The notes under the pieces are model-generated. The model was not told the DNA's origin. It searched no databases and saw nothing but the letters and a program-made list of their open reading frames with translations. Source: Spirochaetia bacterium (lineage in GTDB: Bacteria; Spirochaetota; Spirochaetia; UBA9216). From it: DNA of 64,000 bases. The translations under genes were made by a program, and so were the position numbers. The stretch lies in assembly GCA_963675665.1 (NCBI GenBank), contig OY776510.1:1696001-1760000 (forward strand), read 5' to 3'. Shown piece by piece: positions 30,038 to 39,569 of this stretch. How positions within the stretch are numbered: the stretch's first letter is position 1; each line of letters starts with the position of its first letter.

Positions 30038-30293
30038 TTATTTCCTCCTGGTTAATAATTCCGGAGGATAATACATTTTTATATTTTAGCAAGAAGGTAA
30101 GAATTACCGCTTACTCCTTATTTAATATTTAACAACTTTTCTTAAAACCCAGTTGTACATACTTAGCAATAAGTGAAAATCTCTGGTCTTTGGAAAAAAT
30201 AATAAATATTAATTTGACATATAAGGTATTATCATTATGATATTATAATCACAATACAAAAATGTATTGTGGAAAAAAATCTAAGGAGAAAAG

Positions 30294-31043
30294 ATGAAAA
30301 AGAGAATTATTGTATTGGGAGTGTTATTAACATGGTTGTTTATTTCACTGGGAGTATGTTTTTCAAACGGTGAACAGGAAGTATTAAAAGAGGCTCCTCA
30401 GACAATTGAACCTGAGTATGATCTATCTTCAGTACCGGTTCAGAAACATGATCCAAAATTTCCTAACGGGGCAGTACTATACTCTGACCTGAAGAATGTT
30501 ATAGGTGATATTAAGATCCAGAACAGAGAGTTGAAAATAGGTTTTATAATGAAATCTCTTGAAAATGAATACTGGTCAATCATGGCAGAAGGTGTAGAAG
30601 AAGAAATTGAAAGAATGAAAAGTTCCGGGGTAAATAATGTTGAAGTCACAATTAGATCAGCACAAGACGACTGTGATCAGGAAGGGCAATTAACTATTAT
30701 CAGAGATATGATAAACAAGAAATATGACTGTATCGTAGCTTTTCCGATATCAGATGCTAATTTGGTTCCCGGATTAGAAGATGCAATGGATGTAGGGATT
30801 CCTATTGTTACAGGATCAGTTGCTTATGATTCAGATCCGCATATTCCTTACTATATCGGATTAAGTTCATACGAGTCCGGCCGGCTGGTTGCCGAAGCCT
30901 TTTCAAAGAGACTAGGAAAAGAAGGTGGAGAAGTATCAATTATAATGGGAATACCTAATAATCCATCAGCAAGAGATCGGACTGCAGGATTTAACGATTG
31001 GGTGAAAGAACATCCTGAGAGTAATCTGGAAGTAGTTGAGTGA
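30294..31043 (+). pseudogene. sugar ABC (RbsB-like) substrate-binding protein, 3'-truncated
   Basis: 'IGFIMKSLENEYW', 'ARDRTAGF' then ends abruptly at 'LEVVE*' exactly where the duplicated ThDP sequence begins; C-terminal part missing. Confidence 0.75.
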
Positions 31044-33465
31044 ACAGTATAAAGGGGGACAGTTAGTAGTTAAAGTCCTCGAAGAAAATAAAACAAAAGT
31101 AGTATTCGGTATTCCCGGAGGACAAACTTTAAGTGTAACGGATGCGATATATGATACAGATATCAGGTTTATAAATACACGACATGAAAATGGTTCAGCC
31201 TGTGCGGCAGATGGTTGGGGGCGCCTGACTGGAGAACCCGGAATATGCCTGGCAACAACCGGATGCGGAGCATCAAACCTGATAACCGGTTTAGGCGGAG
31301 CATACAGGGATTCTAGTCCGGTAATTGCGTTGGTATTTCAAAATAAACTACCTAACGCAGGAAAAGGTGATGCGCAGGAGAGTAATCATGAAGCTTTATT
31401 CTCAAGTATATGTAAGCAGTACATCCCGGTAAGATCTGCCGGCAGTGTGGTATGGGCAATGCGTGAAGCCTACAGGGTTGCAAAAACCGGCAGGCCCGGA
31501 CCCGTTGTCGTTGATTTGTATAGAGATGTTGTTGAAGATCAGACAGCAGGATACGAGTATGTGGACCCAAAAAGTTACTGTATACAAAGCAGGGTTAAGC
31601 CAGATGACGAAGAAGTAAAATCAGCAGTTAAAGCAATAAAAGACAGTAGCAAAATCTGTGTTTGGTGCGGTAATGGCGTTAAACTTTCAGATGCATCGGA
31701 AGAAGTAATGAAACTGTCTAAAATAACCAATGCGCCGGTAGTTACAACCTATAACGGGATTGCATGCATCCCCGGAGAATTTGAAAATCTGATAGGTCCG
31801 AGGAGCCGGCATGGTAGTGTCGTCACCAAGGCCGCAATAGAGGATGCAGATTGTATAGTATTGGTAGGCTCGACACTGACGGCGATAAGCACAAACCGTT
31901 GGAGTATAAAAGCTAAGAATATAATCCAGATAGATATAATCCCTGAGAACATAGGCAGACATTATCCTGTATCGGTAGGTGTGGTCGGAGATGCGAAGAA
32001 AGCATTAACCGCGATAACTGACGGTTTGGTAAGTGCCGGATTCATTGGTGAAGAAGCTTTCCTTCAGGAACTGAAAAGTAAAAAGTCAGAATGGGAAAAG
32101 AAAACAGTATCCGGGGCGATAGCGGATAAGACAGCGGAGCCGGTGGCGCCGATAGCTTTTGCGAAAGAATTTGAGAAGGTACTATCTGAGAACAGTGTTT
32201 TAGCGGTAGACGCGGGAAATCCCGGGGCATGGACGCATATAATAAAATTTCCGAAAGGAACTTCCTATATGAAGCCGGTAAATTTTGGGAACATGGGTTT
32301 TGCTCTTCCGGCTGCCTTGGGGGCAAAGGCTGCTGCACCGGAAAAAGAAGTAATAGCGTTGTTGGGTGACGGGTCGCTTGGAATGACTCTGACGGAACTG
32401 GAAACAGTGGCCCGGGAGAAACTAAATATCATAATACTTGTATTGAATGATGATGCGTATGGAAATATCAGGCAGGAAGAGCTTTTTAAGACCGGAAAGG
32501 AACGGTACATAGGAGTTGATTTCACTCGGGTTGATTATGTGGATGTAGCAAAGGCGCTTGGATTGTGCAGTTATGAAGAAATAAAGAAGGTAAACCCTAA
32601 AATAATTATGGCAAGCATATCAGGTTTTGGTCAGACGGGTCCCTATGCAGAACGTCCCGGATATGATGCGGTGGCGCAGGCGATGAGCGGGCTAATGTCG
32701 TTAACCGGGCAGTCCGATGGCCCACCGACCTTAGGCGGAACTTTCTATATTGACTTTATTACTGCAATGTATTCGACGATTGGAATATTGTCTGCGTTGA
32801 AAGAAAGAGATGTTACAGGCAAAGGCCAGCATATAGATTTAACCCTTCTTGATAGCGCTGTTTCTGTATTGTTAACAGCTATTCCGGCTAAGGTATTATG
32901 TAATGAAACGATGGGGAGAGTAGGAAATAGAGATAGATATTCTGCTCCTGCTAATGCTTTTAAAACAAAAGACGGGGATTGGGTTATATTAATTGCGGGT
33001 ACTGATCAACATTTTAAACGTTTTGCTAAAATTGCAGAGCTTGAATATCTATTGGATGATATTAGGTTTTCTACCCATGATAGCAGACTGAAATATTCTG
33101 ATGAAATCGAAAGCATTGTAAGTGATTGGGTTTCAAAATTTACAACCGAGCAGATAATCGAAATGGCTTCTAAAGCTGAAATAACCTGTTCAAAAGTAGC
33201 TACGATAGATGATGTTATAAATAATCCTCAGCTAAAATATAGAAAAAAGATAATTAATATAGAGCATCAGAAAATGGGCACTGTTCCTATGGTGGAATTC
33301 CCAATTAATTTTTCAGATAATCCCTTTGTAGAAAAACGACCTGCTCCAATCCTCGGAGAACATAGTAAAGAGATTCTTCAGGAATTTCTGGGATTTGACT
33401 CTGCTAAAATTAGAGCACTGGAAGAATCCGGTATTATTCAAATTTCAGGAACGATTCATGAATAG
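31036..33465 (+). CDS. chimeric ORF: ThDP enzyme copy (aa 1-509) fused in frame to a CaiB/BaiF protein lacking its N terminus
   Basis: N part identical to 19912 protein except D107N; after 'VAKALG' it continues 'LCSYEEIKKVNPKIIMASISGFGQTGPY...PAPILGEH'. Confidence 0.8.
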   Translation: MSEQYKGGQLVVKVLEENKTKVVFGIPGGQTLSVTDAIYDTDIRFINTRHENGSACAADGWGRLTGEPGICLATTGCGASNLITGLGGAYRDSSPVIALVFQNKLPNAGKGDAQESNHEALFSSICKQYIPVRSAGSVVWAMREAYRVAKTGRPGPVVVDLYRDVVEDQTAGYEYVDPKSYCIQSRVKPDDEEVKSAVKAIKDSSKICVWCGNGVKLSDASEEVMKLSKITNAPVVTTYNGIACIPGEFENLIGPRSRHGSVVTKAAIEDADCIVLVGSTLTAISTNRWSIKAKNIIQIDIIPENIGRHYPVSVGVVGDAKKALTAITDGLVSAGFIGEEAFLQELKSKKSEWEKKTVSGAIADKTAEPVAPIAFAKEFEKVLSENSVLAVDAGNPGAWTHIIKFPKGTSYMKPVNFGNMGFALPAALGAKAAAPEKEVIALLGDGSLGMTLTELETVAREKLNIIILVLNDDAYGNIRQEELFKTGKERYIGVDFTRVDYVDVAKALGLCSYEEIKKVNPKIIMASISGFGQTGPYAERPGYDAVAQAMSGLMSLTGQSDGPPTLGGTFYIDFITAMYSTIGILSALKERDVTGKGQHIDLTLLDSAVSVLLTAIPAKVLCNETMGRVGNRDRYSAPANAFKTKDGDWVILIAGTDQHFKRFAKIAELEYLLDDIRFSTHDSRLKYSDEIESIVSDWVSKFTTEQIIEMASKAEITCSKVATIDDVINNPQLKYRKKIINIEHQKMGTVPMVEFPINFSDNPFVEKRPAPILGEHSKEILQEFLGFDSAKIRALEESGIIQISGTIHE
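31037..32563 (+). repeat. 1527-bp near-perfect direct duplication, copy 2
   Basis: matches 19913-21439. Confidence 0.95.
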
Positions 33466-34375
33466 TAATGGGATAACAAAAAGGAAAGATAAATGTCTCA
33501 GTATCAAAGATGCTGTGAAATATATAAAAAATGGAGACAGGATTGCTTTTGGAGGATTTGCTGTTTATCAACGACCAATGGCATTTGTTCATGAAATAAT
33601 CAGAGCAGAAATAAAAGATTTAAGAGTAGTAGGTGTTGTTAATGCAAATGAAGTCGATTTACTTGCCGGAGCAGGTTGTATATCAGAAATCGAAACATCA
33701 TATGTAGGTTTGGAAAAATTTGGGTTGGCAAGAAATTTTCGCAGGAAAGTTGAAGACAACAGTGTAAAAGTTTTTGAATATTCAGAACTTATGAGTTGGG
33801 ACAGATTCAGGGCTTCTCAGGAAGGGTTGCCGTATTGGCCGTCATATTATGTTGGAGGTTCTGATCTCTTAAAATATAATAAAGATATTAAACAATTTAC
33901 ATGTCCGATTACAGGCAAAAAAAGCTGGGCAATACCGGCAGCAGATCCGGATGTCGTTGTAATCCATGCGGCTGTAGGTGATAAATACGGGAATATACAA
34001 ATACCTCTTCGTCATATGCTGCCTCAGAGTTTAAATATTACATTATCACGTTCATGTTCAAAAGTTATAGTTACGTTAGAAAGAATTGTAGATACAGATG
34101 TGGTTAAAAGTAATCCGCATCTTACACTTATACCGGCATTTAAACCTCTTTGTGTGGTTGAAATCCCCTGGGGCGCTCATCCGACAGGGGTGTTGGGAGA
34201 ATATAATGTTGATGAAAATCATTTAACAGAATATGTAGAATCTTCTAAAACAGAGAGCGGATTTAAAAAGTATTTGGATAAGTATATTTACGGTTGTGAA
34301 GATTTTGATGGATATTTGAAAAAGATTGGGAAAGAGAACCTTAATAAAATAATTGATAGTGGAGACGTTTGTTAG
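33458..34375 (+). CDS. family I CoA-transferase-fold subunit A (second paralogue)
   Basis: 'IAFGGF..QRPMAFVHEI', 'SYVGLEKFGLA', 'CPITG', 'PWGAHP'. Confidence 0.85.
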   Translation: MNSNGITKRKDKCLSIKDAVKYIKNGDRIAFGGFAVYQRPMAFVHEIIRAEIKDLRVVGVVNANEVDLLAGAGCISEIETSYVGLEKFGLARNFRRKVEDNSVKVFEYSELMSWDRFRASQEGLPYWPSYYVGGSDLLKYNKDIKQFTCPITGKKSWAIPAADPDVVVIHAAVGDKYGNIQIPLRHMLPQSLNITLSRSCSKVIVTLERIVDTDVVKSNPHLTLIPAFKPLCVVEIPWGAHPTGVLGEYNVDENHLTEYVESSKTESGFKKYLDKYIYGCEDFDGYLKKIGKENLNKIIDSGDVC

Positions 34376-35196
34376 CTATGGAAAAATATTCTATTGAAGA
34401 ATTATTAACTGTAAATATTGCAAGAACTATTAAAGATGGAGAGATTGGTTTTACCGGTTTAGCTACAGGAAGTGCCGCTTCAATGTACATAACAGCAATA
34501 CCGTTAGCCGCTATGGTATTAGCGCAGAATATGCATGCTCCTAACCTGACAATTCTGCTGGCTGGTTGGATTCATAATCCGGATTTAAGTAAATTAACTT
34601 CTTTACCTGATTCAGAATTTGCTTCGGAGTTATTGAACCTGTCGTGTGAGGCCCAGATGATGGATTATCCGGGGCCATGGTCCCACCGAAGGGGAGATGT
34701 GAATTTCGGTTTTGGTTCAGGAGTGCAGGTGGACGTAGAAGGCAATATTAATAGTGCATGTATTGGAGGTTTTAATAAACCAAAATTATGGCTTGTCGGA
34801 TCAATTCTGTTACCAAAACATATGGCTCTTTTCGGCAGAGAATATATTATGATGCCGCACCATGATAAACGTAATTTTGTTGAAAAAGTAGATTATATTT
34901 CTGGTGTTGGTTATCCGGGTGGTCGAGATGGAAGAAAAGAGCTTGGGATGGAAACAGGCGGCCCCGAATATATTTATACTCCCAAATGCGTTTTTAGTTT
35001 TAAGAAAAAAACCGGATGAATTTATGTTAAATCAATACATAAAGGAATTACAAAAGAAGAGTTAAAGGATAACACAGGCTTTGAATTAGGAGATCTAAAC
35101 AATATTCCTGTAACCGATGAACCAACGGCAAAAGAATTGGAAATTATAAGGGAAGTTGTAGATCCCAGAGGAATATTATTTAAAAGAGAGATGTAA
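34369..35196 (+). pseudogene. CoA-transferase-fold subunit B with internal nonsense codon
   Basis: TGA at 35017-35019; the same frame continues 'IYVKSIHKGITKEELKDNTGFEL...EVVDPRG' to TAA 35194-35196, matching the C terminus of the 22651 paralogue. Confidence 0.85.
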
Positions 35197-35433
35197 ATAT
35201 CAGGAAGCGTATAGACATTAGGGAGAAAATAACAATTAAGGTTATAGCTAAGAATTGTTTCTAGTATTTTGAGAACCGTCACACAATAATTGCCTGTCAG
35301 GTGCCATGCATCCAAGCAATCAATAGTCGTATTTTATAATACAATAGTAATACATGTCATGGAATGAAAAAGTATTTGACAATATAATATACTCATTGTA
35401 TTCTGATTGTATCATCAAAAATAATATTTTGGT

Positions 35434-35640
35434 GTGACAGAATAGTACAAAGATAGACAATTGGTTGCCAAAGTTATGGAAGGACAAACACTTAGTGTAG
35501 TTGATGCTATTTAAGATACAAACCAGGGTCATACTTACCTGCCATGAAAACGTAACATTTTGTGCGGCGTAAGGAATGGGGGAGTGACGAGAGCACTGGG
35601 AATATCTGGCAATAACAGGCACGCGAGTCGAATGAGACTT
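35434..35640 (+). pseudogene. decayed 5' remnant of a ThDP enzyme gene paralogous to 19912
   Basis: reads 'VTE*YKDRQLVAKVME/GQTLSVVDAI*DT' versus 'MSEQYKGGQLVVKVLE...GQTLSVTDAIYDT'; later CATGAAAA..TGTGCGGC..TGGGGG colinear with the intact gene. Confidence 0.75.
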
Positions 35641-35660
35641 ATATGAAGGAGGTGAATAGG

Positions 35661-37172
35661 ATGGACAATAAAGAAAAAATATTAGAGTTGATTAATATCA
35701 ATAAATATTTTCCTGGAGTTAGAGCTTTAGAAAATGTTTCATTAACTGTAAATAAAGGTGATGTCCATGGAATAATCGGTGAAAACGGAGCCGGGAAGTC
35801 AACTTTAATGAAAATACTTGCTGGAGCAATAAAAAAGGATTCAGGTGAAATAAAGATTGAAGGAGACTATAAAGAGTTTGAAAAACCAATTGATGCATTT
35901 GATTCAGGTGTTGGAATTATTTATCAGGAATTAGAATTAATTAGACAATTTACCGCTGTTGAGAATTTTTTTCTTGGACGATGGAAGAAAACAAAATTAG
36001 GATTAGTAGATTGGGCCGGGATGAGGAAAGAGGTAGAAGAGTTTTATAAAAAATGGGATATATCGATTAACTTAAATGTTCCGGTTAAAGAAATAAGTAT
36101 TGCTCAATGCCAATTAATAGAAATAACCAAAGCAGTTTTTAATAAATCAAAAATAGTTATTATGGATGAACCTACAAGTTCACTTACCGACAAAGAGGTA
36201 GGTGTATTATTTGAGCTCATTAGAAATCTGAAAAAGAATGGTATAACGGTTTTATATATATCACATAAGTTAGAAGAAATTTTTGAAATTTGTGACAAAG
36301 TCTCAATATTTAAAGATGGTAAGAATGTTGCTGATTATGATATCGGTTCGGTTACAAAAGATCTGCTTGTCAAAGGTATGGTCGGACGCGAATTAAAAAA
36401 CTATTACCCGGAACGTGAAGGAAAAATTAGTAATGTGGTTTTAGAAGTTAAAAATTTGTCCAGTCAACAGGGAGTTAAGAATGTAAGTTTCAAAGTCAGG
36501 AAAGGCGAAATTCTAGGTTTCGCCGGTTTAGTCGGGGCTGGTAGAACAGAAACGATGAAGGCTTTGTTTTGTGCGGATAGACCAACAGATGGCGAAATTT
36601 TTATTGATGGTAAGAAAGTGAAAATAGGGAAACCAAAAGATGCAATAAACAATGGAATGGCATTCGCTACAGAGGATAGACGATATGAAGGATTAGTTTT
36701 ATGTCGAAGTTGTTCAGAGAATATTACTTTAGCCAATTTTCAGAGCATATCAAATTTATTCGGAATAATTGATTTAAAGAAGGAGGATGAAATAGCAAAA
36801 AAATATAAAAAGTCTTTGTCAATTAAAATGTCTTCTACAAATGTGAGAGCAGAGAATTTAAGCGGTGGTAATCAGCAAAAGCTTGTAATAGCCAAATGGT
36901 TAAATACGAATGTAAAGATTTTTATATTTGATGAACCGACTAGAGGGATTGATGTCGGTGCAAAATCTGAAATTTATAAAATCATGCGAGCGCTTGCCAG
37001 AAACGGAGCAGCAGTAATTATGGTTTCATCTGAATTGCCTGAAATACTTGGCGTAAGTGACAGGATCATAGTTATGAGCAACGGAGAGATTGTAGGTGAT
37101 TTGGATGCAATGAAAGCAACTGAGGAGAGTATTATGTCCTACGCTATAGGAGGGGGTGAAAATGAAGATTAA
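35661..37172 (+). CDS. sugar ABC transporter ATP-binding protein (RbsA/MglA-like)
   Basis: 'GENGAGKSTL', 'MDEPT', 'LSGGNQQK', 'DEPTRGIDVGAK'. Confidence 0.95.
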   Translation: MDNKEKILELININKYFPGVRALENVSLTVNKGDVHGIIGENGAGKSTLMKILAGAIKKDSGEIKIEGDYKEFEKPIDAFDSGVGIIYQELELIRQFTAVENFFLGRWKKTKLGLVDWAGMRKEVEEFYKKWDISINLNVPVKEISIAQCQLIEITKAVFNKSKIVIMDEPTSSLTDKEVGVLFELIRNLKKNGITVLYISHKLEEIFEICDKVSIFKDGKNVADYDIGSVTKDLLVKGMVGRELKNYYPEREGKISNVVLEVKNLSSQQGVKNVSFKVRKGEILGFAGLVGAGRTETMKALFCADRPTDGEIFIDGKKVKIGKPKDAINNGMAFATEDRRYEGLVLCRSCSENITLANFQSISNLFGIIDLKKEDEIAKKYKKSLSIKMSSTNVRAENLSGGNQQKLVIAKWLNTNVKIFIFDEPTRGIDVGAKSEIYKIMRALARNGAAVIMVSSELPEILGVSDRIIVMSNGEIVGDLDAMKATEESIMSYAIGGGENED

Positions 37173-38130
37173 GGAATATGCAGTATCTATTGAAAATAAA
37201 AAATTTAATACCAAAGATTTTTATAAAAAATATGGAATTTTAATTGTACTTGTAATGTTGATTATTATAGCCGGTATTATCGAACCCATATTTCTAAGTT
37301 CAAAGAATGTACTTAATGTATTGAGACAAGCATCTATAAATGGAATTTTAGCAATAGGAATGACATATGTAATTCTTAGTGGCGGAATAGATCTTAGTCA
37401 GGGCTCCATTGTTGGGCTTTGTGGAATGATTGTAGTTATGCTAATGCCGGAAATCGGAATGATTCCTGCTATAATAATAGCATTAATTTGTGGTTCACTG
37501 ATTGGTGTTTTAAATGGATTTTGTATTCATAATAATGTTCCAGCATTCATTATGACTTTAGCAGGATTAACTTCTATTAGAGGGGTTGCATATTATATTT
37601 CAAATGGACAGCCTTATTCAGCAACAAATGAAGCGTATACTTTAATAGGTCAGAGTTCATTACTACATATACCTATGCCTGTTATTATTTTTATAATAGT
37701 AGTTATTTTAGGCTATTTTATAGCTAATAGAACCACTTTCGGGAGATCGGTATATGCTATAGGGGGCAGTGAAGAAGCTTCACGACTTTCCGGAATAAAT
37801 TTACTTAAAACAAGGATAATTGTATATACGATCTCAGGATTTTTATCAGCATTAGCTGCGATTGTTTTAACTTCAAGATTATATTCATGTGATCCAACTA
37901 TTGGTGAAGGTTATGAGCTTGATGCAATTACAGCTGCTGTAATTGGCGGGACAAGTATGTCGGGAGGCGAAGGTAGTGTTCTAAAGACTGTAATAGGAGT
38001 TCTCATTCTTGGGATTCTTTCTAATATTTTAAATTTATTAGGTATAAGTCCATATATTCAGGAAATTGTAAAAGGTTTAATTATTTTCATTGCTGTAGCA
38101 GCGGATACCTGGAAAAAGGAAAAAATATAA
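37162..38130 (+). CDS. sugar ABC transporter permease (RbsC-like)
   Basis: 'GGIDLS', 'YAIGGSEEASRLSG', 'YELDAITAAVIGGTS'. Confidence 0.95.
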   Translation: MKIKEYAVSIENKKFNTKDFYKKYGILIVLVMLIIIAGIIEPIFLSSKNVLNVLRQASINGILAIGMTYVILSGGIDLSQGSIVGLCGMIVVMLMPEIGMIPAIIIALICGSLIGVLNGFCIHNNVPAFIMTLAGLTSIRGVAYYISNGQPYSATNEAYTLIGQSSLLHIPMPVIIFIIVVILGYFIANRTTFGRSVYAIGGSEEASRLSGINLLKTRIIVYTISGFLSALAAIVLTSRLYSCDPTIGEGYELDAITAAVIGGTSMSGGEGSVLKTVIGVLILGILSNILNLLGISPYIQEIVKGLIIFIAVAADTWKKEKI

Positions 38131-38197
38131 TTATCAATAGTTTGTTTATAATTTTTCAATGAAATTGAAAAATATTATTCATCAAGGAGGATAAAAG

Positions 38198-39196
38198 ATG
38201 AATTATTTAAGCATTAAGAAAATTAAGAGAAGGAGGATGACAATGCAGAGGCCGCTTAAAAGAATCTTGATTTTAGCCGCTCTATTTACTGTTGTTATCT
38301 ATAGTGGTTTTTGTGCAGGCACACAAGAAAGCAATTCTGAAGATAAAGTTGTTATTGGATTTGCTCAATCTCGTCTGAATCACCCTTATCGAGTTGCTGG
38401 TGTAGAACAGTTCAAAGAAGCAGTAACCTCTAACGGGTTTGATTGGGAAGTTATTGTTAGTGACGGACAAAATGATACTGCAAAACAAACAGCAGATGTT
38501 GAGGATATGATAGTACGAGATGTAGATGTTATAGTATTAAGTCCTATTTCAGCAGAAGCTCTTACACCAGTCGCAAAAAAAGTAATGGAAGCTGGTATTC
38601 CGCTCATACTCCTGGATCGTACTATATCGACAGATGATTATACGGTATTCATTGGCGGTGATAATAGAATGATTGGAGAAATAACAGCTGAAGAAATAGC
38701 TAAAAAAGCAAACGGGAAAGAAGTTAAAATTGTTCAATTACAGGGAACGCTTGGGGCATCTGCTACAGTTGATAGGGATGCTGGATTCAAAGATACGATA
38801 AAGAAATATCCGAATTTGGATTTAGTATATGATTTTTCAGCAAAATATGATCGTGCAACTGCTTTAGATGTAATGGAAGATGTTTTACAGAAAGAACAAG
38901 ATATTTTTGCAGTATATTGCCATAATGATTCAATGGCAATGGGCGCGATGACAGCCATTACTGCAGATGAAATAGACGATGTTCTTATTTATGGTGCAGA
39001 TGGGACAAAAGAGATTTTTAATGAAATTAAGAAAGGTACTGTAGCAGGAACCTGTGTTTATCCTACAGGGGCAAAAGAGGCTGTAGATATTATAGCAGAA
39101 ATTTTGCAGGGAAATGAAGTAAATAAGAAATACAGCGTAGATGTACCATATGTAAATATAGATAATGTTGACGCATTATTTGATCTCGGAATATAA
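38198..39196 (+). CDS. sugar ABC transporter substrate-binding protein (RbsB-like)
   Basis: 'IGFAQ', 'DGQND.AKQ', 'IPLILLDR', 'HNDSMAMGA'; alternative start at 38243. Confidence 0.9.
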   Translation: MNYLSIKKIKRRRMTMQRPLKRILILAALFTVVIYSGFCAGTQESNSEDKVVIGFAQSRLNHPYRVAGVEQFKEAVTSNGFDWEVIVSDGQNDTAKQTADVEDMIVRDVDVIVLSPISAEALTPVAKKVMEAGIPLILLDRTISTDDYTVFIGGDNRMIGEITAEEIAKKANGKEVKIVQLQGTLGASATVDRDAGFKDTIKKYPNLDLVYDFSAKYDRATALDVMEDVLQKEQDIFAVYCHNDSMAMGAMTAITADEIDDVLIYGADGTKEIFNEIKKGTVAGTCVYPTGAKEAVDIIAEILQGNEVNKKYSVDVPYVNIDNVDALFDLGI

Positions 39197-39213
39197 ATTC
39201 AGTATTATCTGTA

Positions 39214-39250
39214 ATTTGTGTAGGGGAATTTTACCATTCCCTACACAAAT
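39214..39250 (+). terminator. hairpin after the sugar-binding protein gene
   Basis: ATTTGTGTAGGGGAAT...ATTCCCTACACAAAT. Confidence 0.6.
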
Positions 39251-39569
39251 ATTGTGTCATAGAATATGTGTTTCTTTCTGTATGGACTATCGCTGCTGGT
39301 CGGTTAAAATAAAAAATTGCTATTAATTACTTGAAATTATAAGTAACCTTTTTTTATGGAAGTCTTTAAGAAGAAAGGAATTATATGTATGGAGAAGTAT
39401 AACACTTTCATGAATTTTTTAAGTAGTCATATTTCACGATGTATTTTGGAATCCGAGCATTTCCAAATGAAAAATCTATTCAAGTTAATGCTTTATTCTT
39501 GTTTTAAATTGTATAAAAAAGCGATATGAATTCAGGTACAAAAAGAATACATCAATGGGAGGTTATTAT

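Larger units (their letters stand above)
27786..30114 (-). mobile_element. IS66 family insertion sequence (complete)
   Basis: perfect 19-bp terminal IRs GTAAGCGGTAATTCTTACC (27786-27804 and 30096-30114) enclosing tnpA-tnpB-tnpC. Confidence 0.95.

Noticed and set aside
35017-35019. In-frame TGA as selenocysteine or an alternative genetic code
   Set aside because: The aligned residue in the paralogue is Arg, not Cys or Trp; no SECIS-like hairpin was seen; TGA acts as a normal stop in many genes here
35430-35640. Riboswitch or group II intron fragment in the ABC operon leader
   Set aside because: Better explained as a decayed ThDP gene start; riboswitch motifs are not in the expected order
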